NCBI GenBank assembly: GCA_951406725.2
Contig: OX597837.1
Location: forward strand, 1,674,001-1,738,000
Source: Octopus vulgaris
Lineage: Eukaryota
Reading direction: 5' to 3'
Length of the DNA: 64,000 nucleotides
Part shown: piece by piece, positions 12,421-26,089 of the stretch
How the letters are laid out: each line of letters opens with the position of its first letter
How positions within the stretch are numbered: position 1 is the stretch's first letter
Notes under the pieces: model-generated
The model's input: the letters and a program-made list of their open reading frames with translations, nothing else
What the model was told of the DNA's origin: nothing
Database searches by the model: none
Made by a program: the position numbers and the translations under genes

Positions 12421-13099
12421 AATGTTATTTTATTGATGCATTTGGGAAAGTCTGTGTCTGTACTATCAGACAATTTCAAAAAAGCAAAAAATAATTTTTA
12501 ATTCAAAAAACTCTTACTCAACCTGATACATACATACATACATACATACATACATACATACATACATACATACACGTATATATATATATATATATATATA
12601 TGTCTACACAGCAGCAGCTGGTAAAAAAACGCAGTGCCTAACAAACTATGTAAAAAAAATTGCTTCTTTCCTATAAACGCCTCGAATACTACAACATTAA
12701 TATACACACAGTATATACACGGACATGTACATGTGTCTAAATTGATTGTATGTTTATATTAATTTATACACAGAGAGAACATATAATAAAAACAATGATT
12801 CCAGCAGATAGAGACAGATATAGATTGTAAACAGATTGTAGTGATATATATATATTGCTGATATATATCTCGCCAATATTGTGTGTATATTGGTAAGATG
12901 ATACTAGAGATACAGCACGTGGTGATATTGCTATATAATAGAGTCTAGATTATCTCTGAGTTTTTTTTTTTTATATAATGTAGTATGTATGCATGCATGT
13001 ACGTATGCATAACAATAAAATAATTATTTTCTTGTTTGACAACCTTGTGTACGTTTTCGAGCTGCAGTTCCTTGTCTCGCCACCAATTATTATTACTAT

Positions 13100-13298
13100 T
13101 AAAGGCAACCACCTGCATTTCGCCCGTCTTCAGGTCCTGAGTCCAAGGTTCATCGAGGTCGACTTTGCTTTTCTACATTTCGGGGTCGACGAAATAAAAT
13201 ACCGGTCAAGTACTGGGGTGCCGATGTAATTGACTTACTCCTCCCCTCAAAAACCGCAGGCCTTGTGCCAAATTCGGAACAATTTTTTTCATTCTCAC

Positions 13299-13379
<81 letters not shown>

Positions 13380-13830
13380 AGCGGTGAACTGGCAGAATCG
13401 ATAGCACGCCGGACGAAATGCTTAATGGTATTTCGTCTGCTGCTACGTTCTGAGTTCAAATTCTGCCGAGGTCGACTCTGCCATTCATCCTTTCGGAGTC
13501 GATGAATTAACTAAGTACCAGTCAAATACTGGGGTCGATGTGATCGACTTTCTCAATCCCCCAAAATTTCAGGCTTTTTTCTTTAGTAGAAAGGATTATT
13601 AATATTATTGTGGCGGCAACCTGACAGACTCTTTGCTGCGTCGAACAAAATGTATAGCATTTTCTTCTGCTCATAAAGCTCTGAGTTCAAATACCACCGA
13701 GGTGATATTTTCCTTTCATTCTTTCAAGATCGATAAAATGCAGTACTAGTCAAATATTGGGGTCGATGTAATCCGCTAACCCTGCCCACCTTAAGCTAAA
13801 ACTGGTAGACTGCGCCAAAATTCGAAACCA
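13100..13830 (+). mobile_element. Three tandem SINE B copies with (ATC)/(ATT)n spacers
   Basis: Consensus repeated at about 13100, 13380 and 13612. Confidence 0.8.
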
Positions 13831-14460
13831 TGATTGTTGGTATTGTTGCCATTGAAGATAACCTAGTCGTAGCTGACGTAGGGTTATACATCAATGTCAA
13901 GATTTGTCATCCGACAACTTGGTGACCGATGGCTACCAGAGATTTTTAGCAGCCTCTAGTCAAATGGATTCGGCCCGATTGAGAACTATCTTGTTGTATT
14001 GTTATAAATTATATATGAGGCCAAGACGCTGGTTGAGCGGGGAAACCCAAGTTAACTCTCCAATTCAGCTGGATACAATCTGTATTGAGTCAACAGTTAC
14101 TGTACCTTCGAATCAGCTGTTTCATAGCTTCGTCTGATTTGCTAGGGCTCGCACACATCTACAACAGCCACTGATACCGTTGTGCAAATTTGGGAGACTG
14201 AAATAGGGCGCGGTCACAATGTCATTGATTTATGCATATACAAAAACACACACATTAACACAAACCTATTTTCAAATATCATCATAAATGATACACACTC
14301 ACACACATACATATATATTAATATACACATTAATATATAGTATTTCTTTATATACACACACGGACCCTGGCGAATAACGATTTAAGTCTACGTATATTGC
14401 ATACAGATGTATACGTGTATGCAGATACACGCGAAATAACATACATAAAAATATACGCTA

Positions 14461-14503
<43 letters not shown>

Positions 14504-14881
14504 CATTGCACGGTGATCGCTTATAAGCTTTACATTTATAAAATATCATTATTGTTATTATTGATACAAAATTGTAAAAATCGACGATGCTTACCAAAGG
14601 CCATCGCAGACAAACACACACACGTATTCTTGTCTACGTTTAAGCGACGCGCGCGTGTGTATGTATGCATCTGTTTATATCATCCCATAATCTAAACCCC
14701 CAACTCCAACGCATATTGTACGTATCAATACATCGTTATTGATGAAACTTAACTAAATTTCTACAATACGTTAATTCATACTTACAACACAATTGTTATT
14801 TTATTGTTTGCAAACCCACCCTATCTTCTCAGGCTACAATTACCTGCCTTGCAGCCATTATTATTATTTTCATTATCATCG

Positions 14882-14933
<52 letters not shown>

Positions 14934-15134
14934 AGATGATGTTATTACTAAATTCAATTGTAGTAATAGTTATAGTCGTAGAAGCAACAGTAAATATATC
15001 GACCTTAAAATCATCAGCTTTAGACACACACTGATTTAGATCGTTTATAACAACATCACTGTTCGTCTGTTTCCATGTATATATCCATGTGTGTATATAT
15101 ATATATATATCTATATATATATATATATATACAT

Positions 15135-15171
<37 letters not shown>

Positions 15172-15297
15172 AAGACGAGTGTATATCTATAAATGTATAT
15201 GTACACATGTAAAGAATGTTTGTTTTTATATATCTGTGTATATCTACATGTGTATATATCCATATATATATACATATGCTGTTTGTGCGTGTAAATA

Positions 15298-15336
<39 letters not shown>

Positions 15337-15565
15337 GTATATATTCATGGTGTGGCTGTGCACAGAGGCACACATCCCAGTGTGGATGAAGTTCAATGTT
15401 AATCTCACCATCAAATCTCTAGACTTTAGTCAGACACCGCTTACTGTTATCAGTTTCATCGTTTATTTTATTTTTTGAAAATCATTTTATGAACTTATTC
15501 ATTATGCTTTCCGCCTTCCTCATACATGTTCGTTTTGGCAACCAAAGGAACACTAACGATTATTA

Positions 15566-15632
<67 letters not shown>

Positions 15633-16419
15633 AATTATTACTGGCAGGAATATTTTGAGCATCTGCGGAATTCTGTTGCGGTATTTCTTGCTACACTTTG
15701 CGCTGCGGGTGCTGATGGCACTGAAGTTACCTTTGCTTTTTCAATCCTCCTGGGCCGATTAGATAATGTCCAGCGCTATTACTGTGGTAAATGCTATTGA
15801 ATAACCACCCCTTCCAAAATTGTTAGCTTTCTACCTATTTTAAAACCATTTTTTTAAAAAAAGGACTGTTTGAATAGTTATCGCGTCGAAATAAATGTCT
15901 TGCATTCTTTGTCCTGGCTGTTTAGGTTCTGTCTTCCTCTTCTGAAGGAGATCAACTTTACCTGACATCTTTTCGGGGTAGATAATTAAAGAACCAGTCA
16001 TGCATTGAGATGGAATCAACTGACCATTGTCAGATCAACTAATTAGTTTCAGATCTGATGTCTATCTTAGGAAGAATTAGTGGATGAAATATGGGTTCAT
16101 AAAATCTCTGCTGACCAACGAAATTCCTGGCGAACCCCGTCTTTCAGACCAATTCCACTCTTTCCAGTTTATTCCATTCGGTTCCTTCTTATATTTCTTT
16201 CTCCTTCATTGACTTTTAATAGAATCCTCTCGTGCAGCCACCAATTCTTGGGATGTGGGTTGACAGCTTTTCGGATTTTGACGCTGAGTTGTTTAATTAT
16301 GCCAGTAAGGACTCCCCTACTTTCTAATATTATTGACACGGACAATGGCCCTCTACGCACAGTCTACTATGCAGAATGGGTAATAATCTTCGGAAGAAAA
16401 GAATTGGAGCAAGCGAGAG

Positions 16420-16458
<39 letters not shown>

Positions 16459-16459
<1 letters not shown>

Positions 16460-16660
16460 CTCTTTTACTCTTTTACTTGTTTCAGTCATTTAACTGCGGC
16501 CATGCTAAGCACCGCCTTTAATCGAGCAACTCTACCCCGGGACTTATTCTTTTGTAAGCCCAGTACTTATTCTATCGGTCTCTTTTGCCGAACCGCTAAG
16601 TAACGGGGACATAAACACACCAGCATCGGTTGTCAAGCAATGCGAGGGGACAAACACGGA
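16459..16660 (-). mobile_element. SINE A 3' half between (TA)n tracts
   Basis: ctcttttactcttttacttgtttcagtcatt..ccgaaccgctaag..ggttgtcaagc. Confidence 0.85.
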
Positions 16661-16773
16661 CACACAAACACACACATGCATAGATATATATACATACATA
16701 TATATATATATACATATGTATGTATGTATGTATATATATATATATATATATGTATATACATATATACATGTTA

Positions 16774-16815
<42 letters not shown>

Positions 16816-16939
16816 CATATATACATGTTATATATGTATGTATATATATATTACGTCAAGTCACTTTCGAGTGTTACTGGTAACATGTAACCCAGTACAA
16901 CTTGTTGCATTGTCGGGTCGTCGGCGACTAAAGCGGCAA

Positions 16940-16991
<52 letters not shown>

Positions 16992-17549
16992 CACGAGGTA
17001 TTGACTGCTGGTTTATTTGCCGTTCCAACTGCTAAATCACACTCTCACCGAAGATCTCCCCTGGAGAAAATACACCGTTAGAAAAGCGAGGACCTCCATC
17101 GCAGTGACTGACCCTACTCTTCAGAACTGGAAGATACATATGCCCCACCACAGGTGTTGGCATTGTACAAGGACCAAATGACATTCATAATGCTATGCAG
17201 TCCCTATATCAGGAACGGTGCCGCTACAACGAAAGCAGATATCCTGGGTCGTAAAACGTCCACTCGTCTAAAACACATTGTTAGTAGCAGTTATAATCCA
17301 TCTCCGAGCTGTCTTTTCTTTCTATTTTATTTGTGAAACACTACTACAATAGCCCCGGCTCCTCAGAGCTTCCTTGTCTCGTAACTCTACGTCCCACATA
17401 AGTACGCCTCCACCACATATGCACGTTCGCTCACCACCATAGATTTGTCTGAAATGACGATACTCTTTTTCTTCCCTCGGATATCAACGTCGCTGGAGTT
17501 TTTACCCCTGATCAAGAGCTTATTATAAGCGTTATATCTGTTATGGCTT

Positions 17550-17890
17550 GCCTTGCTCGTTTCAGTCATTCGACTGCGGCCATGCTGGGGCACCGTCTCG
17601 AAGAATATTAATCAAATTAATCTACCGCTGTCCTTTTTTTAATTTTAAGCCAGGCACTTACTCTAACGGCTTCTGAACCGCTAAGTAACAAGGATATAAA
17701 CACACCAACACCTGTTATGAAGCAGTGGTGGTGGAAACAAATACATGCATATATTATCAGTTTCACCAATCAAATCCACTCACATAGCTTTGGTTGACCC
17801 AAGGCTATAGTAGAAGACATTTGTCCAAGGTGCCACGCAGTGGGACTGAACCTGGAGCCACATGGTTGGGAAGAAACTTTTTACCGTATT
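17550..17890 (-). mobile_element. SINE A, diverged copy
   Basis: Tail, middle and tRNA-like head in reverse orientation. Confidence 0.75.
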
Positions 17891-18559
17891 GCCCACCCGC
17901 TACAATTTATATAGAACAGCATCAAGTTCACTAACGCCTGAGAGACTATAAAGGTCATGGGCGCTGTCCCTCCCTCAGACCAATCAAATAAATGAATTAA
18001 AGGAAAGGACTCAGAAACGATGTAATGCAGAGTTGATTTCGGCTAGATTTGAACTCAGAGCCCAGAGATCCGAAGTAGATCTGTCCCTGCCATTGTGCTA
18101 CGTATATTTGGTTAACTCACAAATCTTCAGCTTTACTTCTATACGCCTCCAAAAAAAAATTTTTTTAAATTGAGGAATAATGTAGCTGCTACATTGCACC
18201 ATAACATGTAGCATTATCTGGACGCCTGGAATATGCTTAGTCACGTGACTGTTACAGATGATAGCGATGATGAGGAGGAGTAGGTGCAGGAATGGGAACG
18301 AAGTGGGCTGTTCCTCTTTGTAAGACAATATTTTCATGGCTGTTGATGCCATAGTAACATAAGAGGCGACATGCAATTGTGTGTGTGCTTGTATGTGTGT
18401 GCGTGAGAGAGAGAGCTTAGCAGGCTGTGTGCAGAGTTCAAAGTGAACCAGAAACCTATTTACAACACTTGATTTATAGACAGACGGACAGACAAATAGA
18501 CAGACAATGGCCCTCCAACATCTCTTAACACATTCTTGAAAACACAACCGCTATGATGT

Positions 18560-18584
18560 TATCATCATCATCATCATCATCATC

Positions 18585-18662
<78 letters not shown>

Positions 18663-18680
18663 GTCATCATCATCATCATA
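18560..18680. repeat. (ATC)n microsatellite
   Basis: Direct inspection. Confidence 0.9.
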
Positions 18681-18908
18681 TTCATTATAGAAAATGGCCG
18701 GTTTTGATCACCTCATCCTGCTCGGCATTATATTTTTCTACTAATACCACCCCTACCACCCCTACCACCACTACCAGTGCCGCCATTGTTACCACCAGTG
18801 TCGCTGCAGTTTTACAGTGGTTGTTACTTCTTTTAATGAAAATAATCCAGCTAATATTCATATAATCACATGCTTGCATGTATGAACATTTGTATACATC
18901 TATGTGTG

Positions 18909-18991
<83 letters not shown>

Positions 18992-18992
18992 A

Positions 18993-19048
<56 letters not shown>

Positions 19049-19479
19049 CTTGTGTGTGCATATATATGTGTATGTAACACACACACACTGCTTTGTGTTT
19101 CTCTATACACATCGCAATGTACTTTACGAGGTCTGGGTCAGGATATTCTTGGAGAGGATTCTGTCCCATTGTTTTAAGGATCACGATAGCAATATCGACA
19201 TTTACCATCGACTCACTAAGAAGCCGAAATGATCCTCTCAGCGGAGCCATTTAGGAATGGCAATGACCCTCCATCCTCGTAATTTCCAGACCATTTTACG
19301 TAATCTACAATTATTACCTGCACAACTTTTGTGTTTATGCTAATTATTTCGTCGCTGGCATTTCGCTCTTCAATCCAATAACCGAACGAAAGTGATTGGC
19401 ACATAAAACACAGCTCGTATCTTTTGCACTTTTAGTATCATAAAACGTTCTGTGCCGAATTGACGTACTTATTGTTGAC

Positions 19480-19900
19480 CTGGCGGAATCCTAGCTGCAT
19501 CGGATAAAATTATTGTCGCCGTTTCCTCCGGCTCTCTACGTTCTTAGCTCAGATTTCGCAGAGATCAGTTTTGCCTTTCACCTTTTCGAAGTTGAAATAA
19601 ACTTGCAGTAAATTCTTTGAGTCCAGGAAATTGAAGAATCCGCTCCTCTTCAAATTGCTGGCCTAGTGCCAAAATTTGAAAAAGTTATTGTTTTAAAGCA
19701 GCGAGTAGATAGAATCGTTAGCTCGCCGGACAAAATGCTTAGCAACATTTCGTCCGTCGCTACCATCTAAGTTCATATTCCGCCGAGTTCGACTATGCTT
19801 CTTATCCTATTGAGGCTGATAAAATAAGTACCAGTCGAGGACTCGGATCGATGTGGCTGACTACCCCTCCCTTCAAAAACCGCCCTCTCTGTACCAAAAT
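19480..19900 (+). mobile_element. Two diverged tandem SINE B copies
   Basis: Family B motifs at about 19480 and 19697, followed by (ATC)/(ATT)n. Confidence 0.7.
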
Positions 19901-19904
19901 TATT

Positions 19905-19990
<86 letters not shown>

Positions 19991-20109
19991 AGTTAAGTTA
20001 AGTTAATTTTTTGGCTCAAGAGAGACTTTGAACCGAGCGGTCGTCGGCATCTTCACTATCTCGTCCGGCAGCTTATTCCACGGATCCGCAACTCGGACGG
20101 AGAAAGCCC
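19991..20109 (-). mobile_element. CR1-like LINE ORF2 C-terminal fragment
   Basis: AFSVRVADPWNKLPDEIVKMPTTARFKVSL matches the FSxRVxxxWNxLPxxVV..FK..L terminus of CR1/L2-group elements. A short (ttaac) repeat follows on the minus strand. Confidence 0.7.
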
Positions 20110-20515
20110 GCTCCACCCTTATTGTAATCCCTATTTGTTCCATGTAATTCTCAAGATTTTTACTTACTGTTCCCAGGGCTCCGACAATTATTGGTGCTAC
20201 TACCATCTTTCTCATCGACTACAACTACTTAACCTCCCAAGCTAACCTGTCATATCTATCGACTTTTCTTTCTTCATTATCACATACTTTGTCAGCCGGG
20301 CATGCTATATCTATGATCCAGCATCGTTTACTTTCTTTCTCGATTAACACAATGTCTGGTTTCCTATTCTCTATCTCATGGTCGCACTGAATCGTAAAAT
20401 CCCATAGGATCTTTGCATTATCATTGTCGATGATGCCTTCGGTTTTATGCTCGTACCAATTTTTTGCTCTCTCAAGTCCATACTTGTTGCAATGTGTCCA
20501 ATAATCCTTGCTATG

Positions 20516-20519
<4 letters not shown>
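20110..20519 (-). mobile_element. R4/Dong-like REL endonuclease fragment, same family as 10134-11533
   Basis: The reverse complement aligns by eye with about 10987-11403 (KILWDFTIQCDHEIENRKPDIV..PIIVGALGTV). Confidence 0.85.
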
Positions 20520-20577
<58 letters not shown>

Positions 20578-20581
20578 TCAG

Positions 20582-20729
20582 ATACTTACGTTGAAGGTGG
20601 CGCGACTTGGGTGAAAATCGTCCAGTCAGATGTAGGTTGTATAAACGGTGTGATTCATTTGATAACCAATTTCATGTTCTATAAGAACTTTACGTTATGG
20701 GAAGCTATAAGAGACATGCCAAAACTAAG
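20582..20729 (+). CDS. Internal exon of a fasciclin (FAS1) domain gene: end of one FAS1 repeat (H2 motif) and start of the next
   Basis: Acceptor ttcag at 20577-20581 and donor AG|gtaagt at 20730. Translation xTYVEGGATWVKIVQSDVGCINGVIHLITNFMFYKNFTLWEAIRDMPKL contains the FAS1 H2 motif D[IV]xxxNGVIH[LV]I. Starts in phase 1 and ends in phase 2. Confidence 0.9.
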
Positions 20730-21108
20730 GTAAGTTCCTTCCATCGATGGTGCATCTAAGACCACTGTGTGTGTATAATTTTATGCGTATATATGGATAC
20801 AAATATTAGTTAAAGCATGGAGACACTAATTAAAAGACTAGATAATAGCAATGGCATGCAAACAATCAACGATTATATGTGCATACACACACACACACAC
20901 ATACGTATGTATATACACAGAAATTTGTAGTGCGAAGAAATAACATATAATCAATGTTAACAATATAATCATGTATAACAATAAACATGGCTATTTTAAT
21001 ACGATTGACCAATGTCAAATTAAGTCCAGAACTAAAAAACTTCGTTGTAATTAAGCAGTCTACAATCGACAATATATATATATATATATATATACATGCA
21101 TATACATA

Positions 21109-21155
<47 letters not shown>

Positions 21156-21599
21156 TATACTCATATATATACACATATACATATACGTATATATATATAT
21201 ATACATATATATATACATATATATATATATATTTATATATATATTTATACATATATACATATATATGTATATATGTGTGTGTGTGTGTGTATGTATATGA
21301 CAGTTGTCTACTCTTGACATAGGAGGGTTATTAATACCCATTTCCCATGCAAAATGTCAGCAACATCCGTGTATGAGGAGTCGAGTTCACCTGAGTGTGT
21401 TCACGTATCCTCCAAGTTTCCTGCGGTGCCCTCCTGCTCGACTGGGCATCAAATAGTTGTCTTTCTGGTGATTGCATAATCTAAAAGTTTAGGCCCATTA
21501 AGGCTTGCACCTCATAGACCCTCACAACGCTGCTGACACTATCCAGAGACAAGCAGCGTCGAGATATTCAGTACCAATATGGATCGCAACTTCAGGAAT

Positions 21600-21750
21600 G
21601 TTGGAAAACCATGATTTCAAGTAGAAGCAAATCATCCCTAAATTGTTCAATGGCATTCCCTGCATATCTGGTTTTATATCAGAGTAACCGTCTCCTAGAG
21701 AGATGCCTTAACAAAAGATAAGGGGTCCATCACTCCCAGTGCTCTTCCAG
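21600..21750 (-). mobile_element. Possible degenerate RTE-like LINE 5' UTR
   Basis: Minus strand aggcatctctctaggagacggttactctgatataaaacc resembles a motif I recall from RTE 5' ends (ggcaaccagtctaggagaaggaaaactctgaattcaaacc). Recognition from memory only. Confidence 0.35.
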
Positions 21751-22021
21751 TGCTCACCAACCGAAAATTTCAATCAGGGAAAAAGAGAGAGAGCTAACTA
21801 ACTTTCAAAAAGCATGAAGAATTAATTTCTTAGTAAATATGTTACACTGATGTTTACATAGTGGTCAGGCTTCAGAGTCGGTTACTTAAGTTTCCTGCAG
21901 GAGCCTTTCGGCTATGTACAAATAGGGTCCTTCTGACTCGAGAAGGAATACGTCTACACGAAAGTTAATGATGCGTATCTGTGCACTATCTCTTGTATAA
22001 TTATCATTAATGTATTTACGA

Positions 22022-22405
22022 TACGTGCTGAAAAGTTCTTGACTTCGGGTAAAATAAAATACAGGAGAATCAGTTAATTATGATTTTATGCAACATATTC
22101 CCCTCTCAGATTCACACATTCGGGGCAACGATCCTTAAGTTTTTCTAATCCCTATAAAAAAACTCGGAAGGTTGGGCCTCCAACTAGGCCTTTCGTGATA
22201 CCCTCAATGCCAGGAACTTTTACACGAGGGGATGCTGAATGGAGAATCAGTTAATTATGATTTTATTAAACATTTTCCCCTCTCAGATTCACACACTTAT
22301 TGCATCGGTCCTTCAATTTTTCTAAGCCCTGCAAAAGAACTCGGTAAGTTATGCGTCCAAATAGGCCCTTACCTTAAAGCCAGGACCTTCAGCACCCTTT
22401 TGTAC
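22022..22405. mobile_element. Two head-to-tail mariner-type MITE copies
   Basis: The internal ggagaatcagttaattatgattttat..cccctctcagattcacaca occurs twice. TIR-like ends (acgaggggg)tgctgaaaagttc / gccaggaacttt(tcagcaccc), with TA at the ends. Confidence 0.7.
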
Positions 22406-22498
22406 AAGTGTGTGTGTGTGTGTGTGTGTAATTGTATATGTAACTGAGTTTATCTATGCATGTATATTTAGAAGCATTTCTTCTTTTTATATTTTCAG

Positions 22499-22661
22499 CC
22501 ACGCGGCTGGTTACATTAGCAGATACCCGGAGATTCGGTCTTTACTATCAAGAGCAGGTTCCACCCCACTTACCATATTCCTGCCAAATGATGATTCTCT
22601 TTCAACAATTCCTTCAAGAACAAAACAAAAATTTGCTTTAAACCAAACATTTTTAAACCAG
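22499..22661 (+). CDS. Internal exon of the FAS1 gene (H1 motif)
   Basis: Polypyrimidine tract plus ttttcag acceptor, donor CAG|gtgaga. The phase 2 start completes AG+C=Ser from the previous exon. SHAAGYISRYPEIRSLLSRAGSTPLTIFLPNDDSLSTIPSRTKQKFALNQTFLNQ contains the H1-like TIFLPNDDS (consensus TVFAPTNxAF). Ends in phase 0. Confidence 0.9.
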
Positions 22662-22744
22662 GTGAGATATATTTCTACAATATCGTTTTAGACTTCATCG
22701 TGACACTAAACCAAGGAACTGCAACGATACACGGTGGCCTACGT

Positions 22745-23100
22745 CTTTTACTCTTTTCCTCGTTTCAATCATTAGACTGCGACCATGCTGGGGCACCGCC
22801 ATGAAGTATTTTTTTTAGTCTTACGAATTGATTCGAGCATTGTACTTGTTCAATCGCTTACCTTACCCAACCGCTACACATCAACACCGTTACAAGAATC
22901 AGTTACTCTTGCCCAACCGTATGCACAGCAACACTGGTTATCAAACTGCAGCGTAGCACAGACACACTGACAGACATACACACGTAAAGGGATTCTTTCA
23001 GTTTCCGTCTATCAAATCCACTCACAAGGCTCTGGTCGGCTCGAGTGCTGCAGCAGAAGACACTTGCTCAAAGTACTACGGAGTAGGACTGAACCCGGAA
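22745..23100 (-). mobile_element. SINE A, diverged copy
   Basis: Reverse tail cttttactcttttcctcgtttc.. and head tttcagtttccgtctatcaaatccactcacaaggc. Confidence 0.7.
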
Positions 23101-23106
23101 ACGTAC

Positions 23107-23137
<31 letters not shown>

Positions 23138-24401
23138 CATATATATACCCCTTTCTTTACTGTGCAGTAGATGCTGTCTGTGTGATGCGATGATTCACTC
23201 AAACGACGTCTAAACTGACCTTAAGCCTCTGATTCCATCCCGCCATTTAACAAAGACCCTATCGTTGTTACTGCTATGTTGAACGACACCACGAGTTGTT
23301 TCTATATACACTTCTATACGTGTGTGTGTGTCTACGTATATATAATGTGGTTTTAAATGTTTTAAATGCATTATATATACATATTGTAATAGCTGTACAA
23401 AACATTGAATTGGACTCAAATACGGGAGGTAGAACGGAAAGAATGCTTGAGATATGAAATAATATTGGATACAATAGTTCCTGTTTCGCATGTTCGCTGT
23501 TACACACATAAATGTTTCTATGAACGTTTGACTTGACTCATTATCCAGTGTGACCACCTCTTCCGAAAAGTTACGTATAGGAAAGTTCAAACACATATTT
23601 TCACACATACACACATAAAGCATTTCGCCTGGCGCGCTAACGTTTCTGCCAGCTCGCCTTATATATATATACACACACACGTGCACATGCATACGCACTC
23701 ACACTGTTGTTGTTAGGGCGGCGTGGTGACACAATTGATAACACGCCGGTCAAACCGCCAAGTTCCGTCAAGGTTGACTTTCCCTTTCATCTTTATGAGA
23801 TCGATAAAATAAGAACCAGTTAAGCACTGGGGGTCAGAGTAATCATTTCAACACCCCCACCCCACTGACACCACCATCACCACCTAATGTTGCTGGCCTT
23901 GTGCCAGAATTTGAAAGCACTATTATTGCTATCGTTATAATAAAACTGTCGCCACGTAGACTAATATAGATGTTGTGTTTTAATAGGTTTGTCAATATTA
24001 CAATACTGACATAAGTGACAGAGGTCGATGTATTACAGGTCGGGTTTCCTGCGGCACTAGATTTACACGTCTACTATTACAGGCATGAACACACACACAC
24101 TTTCTGTAGAAAGTATAGTGCGTGAGAAGGAGAGAAGGAGAGAGAGAGAGATTAACAGAAAATTACTGTCTATGATACTGTTAAAGTGATGGAAAAATTG
24201 TTTCTGCATATCTTTGTGTATGTATGTATGTATATACATATGTATGTATATACATTGTATATATATTGAGTGTATGTATTTATGTATGTATGTATATATA
24301 TATATAAATATATATATTGTATATATATTGAGTGAATGTATGTATGTTTATATATATATATATTGTATATATATATATTGTATATATAAGGAGTGTATGT
24401 A

Positions 24402-24447
<46 letters not shown>

Positions 24448-25014
24448 GTGTGTATGTATGTATATATATTATATATATTGTGTGTATATATATATATAAT
24501 ATATATATTGCATGTATGTATGTATCTATATATTATATATATATTGTGTGTATGTGTATGTATATATATATATATTCTGTGTGTGTGCATATGTGTGTGT
24601 CTATGTGCAGATATAGATGTGTATACGTATTTAAAGAGAGAGATTGATAGATGTGAGAATGCACCAGAAATATTGCATATACAGAATGTATAAATAAATA
24701 AGTACATTATAAAGAAACAGCGTTCGTTGATAATAGCTTTAATTTCAGCTTCAAATTTAAAAAGTGAACCATAGAAATAGGAACGCTTTAACGAACAGAT
24801 TAAGGGAATCTACTATATTGGACGTTTTTAAATCGGTTGGCATCATGTTCTCATCAAATTCCTGCTGAGATGACTACTTCACGGAGATTTTCAGACCGGA
24901 AATTATTCCAAAGCCTGCTGGGGGTGCTTAACACAACACCATTTTCGGTCGATAAACGAGGAAGCACTCCAAGGAAAGCGGCCATCTTTATGGCAGTGTT
25001 GTTGTTGTAGTTAC

Positions 25015-25015
25015 G

Positions 25016-25065
<50 letters not shown>

Positions 25066-25091
25066 CATTATTATTATTATTATTATTATTA

Positions 25092-25131
<40 letters not shown>
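25015..25131. repeat. (ATT)n microsatellite
   Basis: Direct inspection. Confidence 0.95.
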
Positions 25132-25132
<1 letters not shown>

Positions 25133-25697
25133 TCTTGTGCTTCGTCGTCAACTGTCGGCGATGTGTAGCGAATTGTGGTGAGGTGAATTGGCGTGTAGTG
25201 ATGTACGGTGTGTGTGTGTGTGTGTGTGGTGGGGGTAATGCGAGTCAAAATGGTGGTGGAGGCGAAGAATCGAAGAAAATGGGCGTAGGGGAGGAGTGGG
25301 GACTGCATGGTTTGGTTAGTGACGTTTAGAGCTGGAGGTGAGCTTCCGGTAAAACCGTAACTGCGGCGCTGTCTCAATCTCCGGACTCTAATCATTTCAC
25401 TCTCACACACGTCACCGCTAATGCACTGACACTGAAGGAAAGACTGCCACAGCATTCAACCCCAGTGTACACCCCCACCTCTCTACCATTTAATACAAAC
25501 ACACTCGTATATCCATTTGTATATATACATTTATAAATATACGCGTAAATATATATCTATGCATGTGTACGTGTGTGGATACAGACGCGCACACACTTAT
25601 TTGTGTATGTGAGCTTATTATACACAGGTGCATATACATATATATGTATGTTTGCGTGAAACAAATATGGTGAAGAAGCTGTCGGTCACTCGATATT

Positions 25698-26089
25698 CTT
25701 TTACTTGTTTCAGTCGTTTGACTGAGGCCATGCTGGAGCACCGCCTTTAGTCGAACAAATCGATCCCATGACATATTTTTTGTAAGCCTAGTACTTATTC
25801 TATCGGTATCTTTTGCCGAACCGCTAAGTTACGAGGATAAAAACACACCAGCATCGATTGTCAAGCGATGTTGTGGGGACACACACAAACACACACAAAT
25901 ACACATACACACATATATATATATACGACGGGCTTCTTTCAGTTTCCGTCTACCAAATCCACTTACAAGGCTTTGATCGGCCCGATACTATAGTAGAAGA
26001 TACTTTGCCCACAGTGCCAGGCAGTAGGACTGAACCCAGAACCATGTGGATGGTAAGCAAGCTACTTACCACGCAGCCACTCCTGCGCC
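25698..26089 (-). mobile_element. SINE A, full-length copy
   Basis: Complete reverse complement of the 28406-28824 type. Confidence 0.9.

Noticed and set aside
24900-24997. HDV-like ribozyme candidate on the minus strand (ggccgct..ttcctcg..atcgacc) next to (TAA)n
   Set aside because: P1 pairs only 5 of 7, P3 does not form, and there is no clear P1.1 or P2. At best a decayed relic.
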